Shown in pieces: positions 25,698-37,257 of a DNA stretch of 64,000 nucleotides. The notes beneath the pieces are model-generated. The model ran no database searches and had not been told where the DNA came from. It saw only the letters and a list, made by a program, of their open reading frames with translations. Position 1 is the stretch's first letter. Each line of letters starts with the position of its first letter. The translations under genes and the position numbers were made by a program. Source of the stretch: Adineta vaga (lineage: Eukaryota > Animalia > Rotifera). The stretch covers positions 1,612,001-1,676,000 of the forward strand of contig CP075493.1 of assembly GCA_021613535.1 (NCBI GenBank). Reading direction: 5' to 3'.

Positions 25698-26192
25698 GAA
25701 TCTTGAAAAAAAACGTGACGAATCTATAAGAAATTTTAAGATAAATGTAAGACTTAAATGATTGACATACCACTCGCTATTATTAATGATGTGGTTTTGA
25801 AAATCTGCACGTCACGAATGTGAAAAAGAAAGCCTTCACATATTTCTTTCTTCTTCTTCTTCTCTTTGCCACATGTGAATTTTATTTCAATTGTAAAAGA
25901 AAGAAAAAAAACGCAGTTTTGCTTTTATTTTTTTCGTCTGTTATTTGACCATGATGAAAATTTCTGTAGTCTCTTTATTACCTTGAAATAAAACAATGTG
26001 TGAGGCTGCTTATTTTATTTGATTAGGAGAAGTCGAAATGGATTTGATTTTTTAGGTTTTCTTTCTATTAATGAAGAACGTACATCAAGCATAGACAATA
26101 CTATTACAAAAAAAGATAGATCTATATCTAACGATGAAAAATTATTTTTTCTCTTCGGAACACGGATACTATTTCGTTCATTTTTCCATGCA

Positions 26193-26446
26193 TATATGGA
26201 ATAACTGGCATTTTTTTCTTGTCAATTTCTGCAAGTATCGGATCGACAGTACGCCATGCTTCTTCAATACTAAAACCCATTTCACCAGATCGTTTCGTAT
26301 TTAATTTTAAGTAAACAGCTTCATTTAGTTGAACACGTATAACAAGTTCATCACGAGCTAATTTACCATCTTTATCATTTTGACGAATCTCTTCGTCAAA
26401 CATTCCACCAGGTGCATCACGAAATTGAATACAAATTTCTGCTTTC
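26193..26446 (-). pseudogene. Partial G6PD duplicate with a 129-nt internal deletion
   Basis: Near-identical to about 29298-29680 of the G6PD last exon but lacks 29371-29499. It has no start and no true C-terminus. Confidence 0.9.
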
Positions 26447-27381
26447 CCTAATTAGTGAAAACAAACAACAAACAGGAAAAACTCATCCGTGTTCATATAC
26501 ATATCGGATCGCATATGACGAGGACCAATAGATTAAATCTGTATTACACATCAAAATTCTGGACGGGAACAGTGTCATCGAGAACGTTTCAAGATCTAAC
26601 ACCTTTTCTAATCTAAATAATGCAAATCAATATTGAAAACATTATAGTTTTTTTTCTTTAATTATATCTTTAAAAGATGAGATATTTCCATTCGAAAGCT
26701 CTGAAGGAAATAGTACTATCATAAGATGTTGAAAAGTGAAGAACATGTGCTATCGAATATAATCAAGAGAACTTCATATGCAAATAAAAATATTGTCTTA
26801 TGAATGTTATAAATTTTCAACCAAAGTTCATTAGACTTATTTCTTCTTATATATTCTTAAGTATTTTAGACGAAAAGTACCGCAAAAAGAAGCTATTCTA
26901 GAAATAAATACTTAAAATTATAATAAGATGTAGAGAAATACAATAAATAACTCGCATTTTTCGAAGATTTTGTCGCAACAAAATTTTGTATTTAATATAA
27001 AACTATACGATCAAGAATTGTTACTTTTACTATAGAACTGTTTTTAAAAGAATGGAGCTTATTTAAAAAATTTGATTCGACATGAATTTTTTATTTTGAA
27101 AATAAATTGTATGACAAACAGAAAATTTATTTCTATCGAGTTGTTCGTTTTTTTAGTTATTCAAAACTTATCACGTGGAGTTTTAAAAATGTTAACAACA
27201 GACTTTTTGTCTTTACTTGCGAAAAACATTTGATGTCTTTTTTTGCATATAAACAGAGATATTTATTAGTCATTATATATTTGATCAATTTCTTCAGAAA
27301 ATATATTCAAGTTACTGACTTTGTGTAAAGATTCCACTTGAATATACATGTATGTCAATTTTATTTATATTCTTTTAAATG

Positions 27382-27729
27382 AAAGTGTTGCTCTGGCAGA
27401 TCAGTGTTGCCACCGATCCACACGATTTCGTCATCGCAACATGTATTTTTTCGTAACAATATTTACCTCTTGGTAAGTTTTAATAAGCAATTTATCTACA
27501 CAGTGTATGGAGCACGACATCTACTCTGTCTCTACACTTTGCAATTTTTGTTCGCTTCTTTCAAAACAATAGCTGTAGGGACAAAGAAAACGTCTTGCTC
27601 CACACCTCATCTAGACAAGTTACTTATTACAACTTACCAAGAGGTAAATATCTTAACGGATAAAATACTTGTTGCGATGACGAAATCGTGCGGATTGGTG
27701 GCAACACTGATCTGCCAGAGCAACACTTT
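27382..27729. mobile_element. Foldback / MITE-like element (about 350-nt imperfect palindrome)
   Basis: AAAGTGTTGCTCTGGCAGATCAGTGTTGCCACC at the left is the exact reverse complement of the right end. Arms of about 165 nt pair with decreasing identity toward a short central spacer. No clear TSD. Confidence 0.75.
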
Positions 27730-28131
27730 TCTTTTAATGAAAAAAAAAATCATCACTTCTCTGCATTGTAAAATCAAAGAATAAAGATCAACTGAATTGA
27801 GTTTACTCGAATCTCTGCCATGGAGCAGTTCGAGAAAGAACTTTGATTAGAAAATCCTACTGAATCAAAATACATGGGTTTCGTTTCCTATTAACAATGA
27901 TAAAAAATATTGTAATGTACCATTCTCTCGAACATGTGAATTTAGCGACGTATCTCCACTACCATTGTATCTATCAAATCATGGCTATTTCTTAACTTTT
28001 ACTGTAGTTTCTTTACAGTCCCAGTGTATTCGGTTGATATTATTTTTTTTTTCGTTTTTTAAAAGAAGAGATATCAAAAGTATCTTTTCTTTTCAGTTAA
28101 TGATAAGATACAATGTAAGATAAAATTCAAA

Positions 28132-28896
28132 ATGAAATTTCTTATATTATTAATAATACTGTTGTTTATAAAAAAGAATGAATTGAAATGTTTCCAGGCA
28201 TGGAATGGTGGTGGAACAGGTGCTTGGTATCGTCTTGATACTTCTTGTGAATATTCATTTATATCAACAGAATTAATCAATTGTTTACCAAGTATTATTT
28301 TACCATCAAATTTAACATTATTTAACGATGGATTTTATATTAGTTTAGGAATATTTAATCGTTTTAATGGAATTTCTTTAGACATTGGTTTAACTTTTGA
28401 TTATAAAAAAAATCTTTGGTTCTCATATGGAAATGATCGATTAGGTTGGAAATCAGGAAATATTTCAATTGATTCAAAGCAATATCATTGTATTCATGTT
28501 TCTCTATCTATTTATAATGATTATATTCATTATATGATTAAAAATGAGAATAATTCAATTGTATTAGGTGAAGATAAATATTTTTCATATCAAATTGATC
28601 CATTATTAAATTTAACAAAAGATAATATAAATTCATTTGGATTTTATCGTTTTGATAGTATTGCTCAAAATAAAGAAACATTAAAAAGTGGCTCACAAAT
28701 GATTTATGCTTCGATGAAGAAATGGAATTTGAGATCTTTATCAGGAGAAATTCTTCCAGCTAATCAATATAATATTGCGACAAATGTTAGTGGTTATCCA
28801 CCAGGGCCATGTTGTACAAATCAAGAAAGAAATACAATTCATATTTATCAAGAAATTAAATGGAATCAATCGAATATATCTATTCAATATATTTAA
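28132..28896 (+). CDS. Intronless secreted protein, possibly YrpD-like beta-sandwich (HGT candidate)
   Basis: 254-aa single ORF with a signal peptide. GGGTGAWYRL...IILPS...FYISLG...LDIGLTF...W recalls Bacillus YrpD-type proteins. This similarity is recalled, not searched. Confidence 0.65.
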   Translation: MKFLILLIILLFIKKNELKCFQAWNGGGTGAWYRLDTSCEYSFISTELINCLPSIILPSNLTLFNDGFYISLGIFNRFNGISLDIGLTFDYKKNLWFSYGNDRLGWKSGNISIDSKQYHCIHVSLSIYNDYIHYMIKNENNSIVLGEDKYFSYQIDPLLNLTKDNINSFGFYRFDSIAQNKETLKSGSQMIYASMKKWNLRSLSGEILPANQYNIATNVSGYPPGPCCTNQERNTIHIYQEIKWNQSNISIQYI

Positions 28897-29154
28897 GAAA
28901 TATTTATTCGTTGCGAATGTAATACTAACACCCACACCCACCCTCAAGATGTATATCATTTACTTCCATTACTAAATAAAGTATCATGAATTGTTTTCCA
29001 TGTGTATTATTATATAGAAATAGTGATAGACAAATAACGTTAGTTGCGTTATTAAAAACAAAAAAAAAACAATACTAAATGCGAGTTATTACAAAAAAAG
29101 CCTCAGATCTACGTTCAATGAGAAAAGTTTGTTTTTGATTATTTTCGATGAGAA

Positions 29155-31084
29155 TTATTTTTTCTCTTCTGATTTTGGCGATTCTTTGGTTGGACTTGAT
29201 ACTGATCTTTCATCTTTCCATACATAAGTACCACGAAATATATAACCATGTTTAACAGCAGCATCAAATGCTTCACGTATTCCCACACTTCCAAATTTAT
29301 ATGGAATAACTGGCATTTTTTTCTTATCAATTTCTGCAAGTATCGGATCGACAATACGCCATGCTTCTTCTAATTCATCCGCACGTACGAAATTAATTTT
29401 TGACCCCATAAAAACATCAAGAATTAAACGTTCATATGCATCAGGTAATTTTACACCTTTATAACGATTACCATATGTTAAATCTAATTCTGTTTCTTCA
29501 ATACTAAAACCCATTTCACCAGGTCGTTTCGTATTTAATTTTAAATAAACAGCTTCATTTGGCTGAACACGTATAACAAGTTCATCACGAGCTAATTTAC
29601 CATCTTTATCATTTTGACGAATCTCTTCGTCAAACATTCCACCAGGTGCATCACGAAATTGAATACGAATTTCTGCTTTCTTTTCGTTTAATGCTTTGCC
29701 TGCTCGAAGTATAAATGGCACACCAGCCCAACGTTCATTATCAATTGAAAGAACAACTTGTGCATAGGTTGGTGTTGTTGAATCTTTCGGTACACCTTTA
29801 TCATCAAGATAGCCTTGTTGACGATCAGGATCTTTGGAATCTGGATCACCAAGGTATTGTCCAATTACTACATCTTCTGGTTTAATTGGTGGTATAGAAC
29901 GTAAAACTTTCACTTTTTCATCACGAATATCTTCACCTTTAGTTGAAAGTGGTTTTTCCATGGCTACAATTGATAATATTTGCATTAAATGATTTTGAAT
30001 TACATCTCTACAAAAAAAACGACATTTACAAATGTTGAGTGAAGAGAAAGGTTTCGATTCTATCCTTACCTAATGATTCCAAATTCATCGAAATAACCAC
30101 CTCGTCCTTGTGTACCAATATCTTCTTTAAAAATAATATTTACAGCTGCTATTGAATCTCTATTCCAAACTCGTGATAAAATTCGATTAGAAAATCGTAG
30201 AACAATGATATTTTGTACCATTTCTTTGCCAAGATAATGATCAATACGATAGATTTCTTCTTCCGTATAAAATTGACTTAAATGTTTCGATAATATATTT
30301 GAGCTTTCAAGATCTTTTCCAAACGGCTTTTCAACAATTAAACGTAACCAACCAGGTCTATTGAATATTCAAAAGTTATATGAAAAACTAATCTTTCAAG
30401 ATATTGTTTGTATCTTACGATTTTGGTCGACAATGTTTACTTATCAATTCTGACACACTTCCATAAACACTCGGTGGTAATGCTAAATAAAATAATCGAT
30501 GAGCACTTTCTTGTCCAGACAATTGATTAGCTTCATTTGTTAGATGTTCAAAATCTTCTCCTTTATCATATGAACCAGCAACATACGAATTAAGTTTTAT
30601 AAATTTTTCATAGATTTCACGTTCGTTCTCTTGAACCTGATTTATAAATATTTAAATTGAAGTTAATAAACATTTATCTAAACATTTACTTTCATATATT
30701 TCGCTGCATTTTCAAAGATTTTATCAATGGTAATTTGACTACGAGCATAACCAATAAAACGAGTGCCTTCTGGTAAGAATCCATCACGATATAACCACCT
30801 AAATCAATATCGTTTCTCTATAATTATATTTCTGTTTTTTTTTTACATACCAAAGCGTGGGATAAATCTTCTTTTTTGCTAAATCACCCTATGATAAATA
30901 ACAAGATTAGATTCAATAATATATTGACTCTAAAAACATACAGATGCACCGAAAACAAAGAATATATGTGAATTTGGTCCTTTAGCTGATCGAATTCGAT
31001 TGACTTGTGATCGTAAACGTTCATAGATACAATCAACTTTTCTCTACCGGCTTCATTAATCGATTGATTTTTGTTCGAAGTCAT
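29155..31084 (-). CDS. G6PD: Glucose-6-phosphate 1-dehydrogenase (apparent 1-nt frameshift near 31040)
   Basis: [90 protein letters not shown]. Multi-exon; stop at 29155-29157. Confidence 0.95.
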
Positions 31085-31539
31085 TATGATAGAAATACGA
31101 TCGTTGATCAAAGGTAAGAGTAATAAAAAACTCGAATAAATGTATAAATGCAATATGTCTGAGCAGATTCAATCTTTTTTTATAACGAGAAAAATATAAA
31201 TAGACATTTTTTTGCACCGAAAGCATGATATGTCAGAAAATATAAACGAACGAATAGGAGAAAAAGATTGAGAAAGATATTCAAAATCAATCGCCAATAA
31301 AGAAAATGAGACATTTTGCGACATCTGACGTAAAATTTATGTCAGGTTTCTAACAAAACAGAGTCTTCAGGGTGAGAATTTCAACCACCAGTCTCGGAAT
31401 GAACGGATGTTTTGTATCTGACAATTTAACACAATTAAGTTGCTTTTCAAGAGCTCAGAAGGATAAATACTTGATTTATTATTACTTGAAAAAGAAAAAT
31501 AATCACGTTAAACTTTGAAAATCATTCGTGGTAGTTTGA

Positions 31540-33043
31540 TTAATATAATTCTGCACTGTTTACTGGTCCATTATTACTTCCACCAGTAATTAATACTTTT
31601 CTATTGATTAATGCAAATGCGGTATGCCAACCACGTGCATTAATCATATCACTAGTACTTGTCCATATTCCTGTTAGTGGATTATATAATTCAGCACTAT
31701 TTAACGGATTATTGTTAAATCCACCAGTTACTAATACTTCTCCAGTTGATAATACAGTCGCAGTATGAATATAACGGCCATGATTCATTTTACCAGTTGA
31801 TATCCAACTTTCAGTTGATGGATCGTATAACATTGCACTATCAAGAATATCAGATTGACCAGTAATTCCACCAGCGATCAATACTTTTCCGTTTGTAAGT
31901 ACGGATGCTGTGTGGAGAGAGAATGCATTGTTCATTGCTTGTGTTGTAGTCCACATTCCTGTAGTTGGATCATATAATTCAGAAGTATTTAAATAATTAC
32001 CAATCCATCCACCAGTAACTAATACTTTTCCACTGGCTAAGACAGATGCTGTATGATGATATCGAGTGTATTTCATATCGCCAGTCGATGTCCATGTTTC
32101 AGTTGATGGATCATACAATTCAGCCGTATTTAAATATTCAACATGGCCATCTCCCCCAGTAACGAGTACTTTTCCATTTGTCAATACAGATGCTGTATGA
32201 CCAAAACGTGTATGACTCATATTACTAGTCAGTGTCCAAGTTCTTGTCGATGGATCGTATAATTCAGCCGTATTTAAAAAATAACCATTTCCATTACCAC
32301 CAGCAACTAATACTTTTCCATTTTTTAATACCGATGCTGTATGACCGAAACGTCCATAGGTCATATTTCGAGTAACCGTCCAAATTCCTATTGATCCATC
32401 ATATAATTCAGCAGTTTTAAGAGCAATAGCACGATCACCAAGTCCACCTACAACTAATACTTTTCCATCTGGTAAGAGAGCTGCTTTATGATAATAACGT
32501 GCATATTTCATAGTACCAGTATTAATCCAATCTAAATAGAAACTTGTACAATATGGATTAACAATCAAAGATGTACCTTTTGTTTGTGGACAGATTCGTT
32601 GATCAATCATTGATAGTGGATAACAAATAGGAACTTCGTTACATCGTGGATGTCGAATACAAATAGTATCTGATTGATCACATGCATTATTTGAAGGATT
32701 ACATGGAATAAATTGAGAACAAGTTATTTCAAGTAAACCACAAACATTAGTATCATTCGTATTGACTGTATGAAGACAACCGCAAGCATTATTTTTCGAA
32801 CATTGATCGTATTGTTCCATTCCATGACATACTTGAGATTTTACTTCTACTATTTACAAAAAAAAGCCTTACTATGTGAACATATGTGAAAGAATAGAAA
32901 TCCAACCTGTTACACTAAAATGAAAATTTTATGTATATGAAACGAAAGAATGAACAATGAGAATCAATATATATATATACATATATCTACCTGAAAAGAA
33001 TAATAACAACAACAATATAATAAAGTATTGATCGAATCATCAT
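31540..33043 (-). CDS. Secreted protein with a Cys-rich N-terminal module and seven kelch repeats
   Basis: Signal-peptide exon 33043-32991, 8-nt microexon 32914-32907, Cys-rich domain (CSKNNACGC...CIRHPRC...CYP...C). Probable in-frame 45-nt intron 32532-32576. Seven HTASVLxxGKVLVxGG...AELYDP...W repeats. Confidence 0.85.
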
Positions 33044-33800
33044 TCGTATTCAAACTAGACTAGAACGTGAGAATATCGTTTCTTTTTATTGATAACTCAC
33101 AGATGGTATGATGAAGCAGATTATTTTTTACTTAAAATGTGTACATTGAAATGCTGTAATGAATAGAAACCTTGCACAAGTATCTTTGTTATCTTCTTCT
33201 AAGATATACTTGAGCTATCAAATATAATAAACCTATAGACAGATTCATAACTTCTATTTCTTTCAATTATTTTTTTTCTACGACATAATGCATTGATTAC
33301 ATCATCAATTTTCTTTTTCTTTTTTTCGTCACCACAGTATACATTTTTCGATTATAATGGAAGCTAAAGAAATTTATCAAAGCCACAACTAACTCTTAAT
33401 TCTTTTTAAAATCATAATTTTCTTTAGCGGAATTCGGTACAATCCTTGAATATTATACTATTATCATTATTCTTAGAGAAGTTGTAGAAATTATTATTAA
33501 CATGCTGGCAATTGTACACACATAGCAAGTGAGAAGAAAAAGAAAAACCTAGACTAAATATAGCTGTTTATAAAATGAGCATGACCAAAACAAAAAAGTC
33601 TTAGTACATATACGTACATATAAAGTGTTTATCGAAAAAAACAGGCTTGTCTGAGTATAGGTGAAAAAATCTTTAGAAAAGAAAATCACACACACACGCA
33701 CACATATAGATAATAATGGAATAGTATACAGAGATAGAAAAAGCACATAGGAGCATTCTAGTGGAGGATAATCATGTGTCGTTATGAGCTTCTACAAAGC

Positions 33801-34922
33801 TCAAACAGTGACCCAACAGAAAACTAACATAAGTATTGAAGAAAGAAATACGGTAAATTTATTGATATTTTGCTTTTGTCCAGCATTCCAATAATATCCA
33901 CCATAATAATTACTACCTTGTGATGGATAATAATTTGAATAGCCAGGACGATTATAATTACTTCCACTATTATAACCTCCATAGAAACTACTAGAACCTG
34001 GATTTTGATTATAATAAGCACCATACTGTCCCATTCCTTGTTGTCCATATTGTCCATATTGTCCCTGTTGTCCATCTAAAGAAAGAATTTCAGTATTGAT
34101 CAACTTTTTCAATTTCGATAATCTTACATTGCCCATATCCGTATTGATAAGAACCAACACCTGCACCAGCATATGGATAGTTCAAACCTTGAATACTACC
34201 GTATCCAGTTTGTCCTTGATATGGATAGTAATACTGTCGGCCACCTTGTTTACCAGAGATGATTTCATTTTGACCACCCTGTTGCGAATGAGGTGATCCT
34301 TGAGGATTAAGTATTTGTGGATTAGGTGGTAAGGGAGGTTGATTAAGATTATTAATAGGTGGATTTGGATTGCCATTTAATATTGTTTGTCGTCGACGTC
34401 GACGAGCGCTACTTCCATCAATTGCTTAAAAAAAATAAAACAATGAAATAAAAATGGTTTATTATACATCAATGATACATTGATTCATTTATGTCAATAT
34501 ACTTGAAATAATATTTTTTTTATAGTTATATTCTTTCACGGAAAAGGTCATTGTCAATATGTTGTCATGAATATATACATGTATGTAGATGTATATCATT
34601 TCTTACTGATCCTCGACTAACCTTTTCTTCATCTTCTTTCGATGAAAGGGAATTTATTTAAAGACCATAAAATCGATGAAAATGTATCTTGGTTCTTTTT
34701 CATTTATTTTTAACTTTAAATTGAATATATTATTTAAAATTTAACGAATTCTCATATTTCAATTCTATTGATTTGATGTATATGTTTCTTATTGTCATAT
34801 ATATTCAAGGTTATCCACTTGGTTCACACCCTTTCTGTCTATAAAAAGGATAATAAACTATCACACTTACCGATAGTATAGATTACGAAGACAAATATGA
34901 TCGCTTTCCAGTAGACAACCAT
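33801..34922 (-). CDS. Secreted G/Q/Y/N/P-rich protein with a hydrophobic, GPI-signal-like C-terminus
   Basis: MVVYWKAIIFVFVIYTI signal exon; intron 34425-34870; RRRRR-Q site. Low-complexity GQY/YGG repeats. Ends YWNAGQKQNINKFTVFLSSILMLVFCWVTV. Confidence 0.75.
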
Positions 34923-37257
34923 TTTACTCAAATAATTTGTGTAGATTTTGTAAGGATATCAGAACTAATTTAAACGAACGAATGACAAGTCAGTAATAGT
35001 ATATAGATGCTGAGACGAATTATGCAAAAGTGTTAAAAAAAAAAGAAAAATGTTTGAGTTGACGAGTGCTCTGATTGAGGCTCTTTTTTTTTCTTCTCCA
35101 ATTTTTTCTTCTTCTTTTTTTTTCATTCTTTAGTTTAACAGCAACAGCAGTCATAAAACCGGTGACGATGAAAGGAAGAAGAAGAAGAAGCACGAGAAAT
35201 GACGAATGGCGCAAGTAGTAGGAGCTATTACGTATATGCGCTTTACCTGATGTAAACTTTTTTCTTCATCCTCTACTCTCTGGAGCGGTTACAGTTCTTT
35301 TATTATTATTCTTTCTTTCTTTCTTCTAACGAACTCACTCTACATCTCGTTTAGTCATAGGAATGATAAACTTGGTGACTCTTTCTCTCATTTCTTTAAA
35401 TCTCAACATAATAGAAATATACGATAGATCTCAGACCGTTTGTACTTGTCACACAAGTCACGGTCGACGAACAAATCCTGACATGTCATCATACACACAT
35501 AATTTCATTTCTGAATATTCACACAATCTTTCATTTGTCTACCTAGGCAAATGTAAATATAAAACGATGTAGCATTTATTCTATTTCGATATATATGTTA
35601 TGTTAATGGAATTTTTTTCTTCTTTATTTCTTGTCACTACTAAGGTGTACTTTTCTTTTCGTCAACTTTGTTCTCTTTCTCTCTCTCTCGTTTTATACGT
35701 AGAGTACATGAAATGCACATACATATCATCAAGGTACAACATACCAACGCAAACCATCACTCTTCTCAATACTGTAGCTATTGAAGGACAAAATAAATTC
35801 ATTTTCAAGCCATACATATATATATATATTCGAATAATGAAAAAAAAAGAAAGACTACCAACATCGTTGTATGTGTATATATACTTGTACAATAGAGTAC
35901 ATTGATGTGAAAGAGGAAGAAAAAAGAAAAAGATATAATTTTATTTATATTCTCTAAAAGTTGTATAACCAATTCATGATCACACTGTCGACCATAAGAA
36001 AAAACAAGAAAATGACAGAAATTTTTTTCTATTTCGACATCGAACTGCTGTTTTCAAAAGCTTTTTTTTTTATGTCGTATCCATATATGTTGAATAACGA
36101 TTAACATATATAAATATAACAAATCAACCTTTCACTCATATATCCTCAATCGGAATCGATTTATTTCGATGTACCATTTTCTCTATCTCACATTTCGAAC
36201 AAGTACAAATCGGATCAACAAAATAAAATATAGGTCGATAGAGATGACAATCTCTACATAAATACGATGTCAAACTGAATCATTTCTTGTTATTTATTCA
36301 TAGAAACATTTTCAATAGATAAACACTCAATATCAGTGACTCTCAGTATGATGAACGAAATTTTGAATCGGAAGTTATTGATCTACATTTAGCTTTACTA
36401 AATCTAATATTGATCCATAAACAGATTATTTAGATATCTAACCATGATTCGATACAAAATAAATATTGACAAGAATTATGAAAAACTTCTCGATTTTCAA
36501 AAACATTTTTATACAAGAAGTTTTTTTTTATGACTGCTTCGAGTTTGAGTTGTACTCGCTGGTTTAAAGAATGTTATCGAAATCAAACGAAACATTTATT
36601 TCTCATTATTTAAACAAGTTGTCTTAACTGCTTAGTCACAAAATTTAATCTATCAAATCGATAATTAATAATTTATTCATTGAAAGCATTGAAAAGAACG
36701 CAAATATCGATATAACATCTGAACTCGGCTTATATTTCTAATGAAGAATTTTTGTCCTTGATTTTGAACCTCTTTTTTTTATCAAAAACTATCTAATAGT
36801 ATCATAGTCAAGTTCATTTTAAAACGAATGAGAAAGATAAGTATATATATCTAATCATTTCTCTCTTTAAATATTGTAGATATTTAATTAACTAAACGTT
36901 GACAAATAGAATTATTTATCAAACATGTATTAAATGAAATAATAAACAAACACACACTTAAAAAACACTTATGCATATCTTTGTTTAGTAAAATATAGAT
37001 GACTTTCTTTATCGACAATAATATAGTATCATTTCGATTAATGAATGACATTTCTATATTTTAATACAAAAGAAGACAAGTATGAATTGAGGGTAAAAAA
37101 AGAGACACAACATAAAAGAGACAAAAAAAAACGAAACTGTAGAAATGAATGAATTGAACATAAATCTAGTCTAGTATTGTCAATAAACGCTAGATAGAAA
37201 ATAAAGTTCGCTTGGATGTTGTTTAATATTACTACTATTGCTAGATCGTTTTGTATA

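Noticed and set aside
27404-27784. 126-aa ORF
   Set aside because: It overlaps the foldback palindrome, has no ATG start and shows no recognisable motif.
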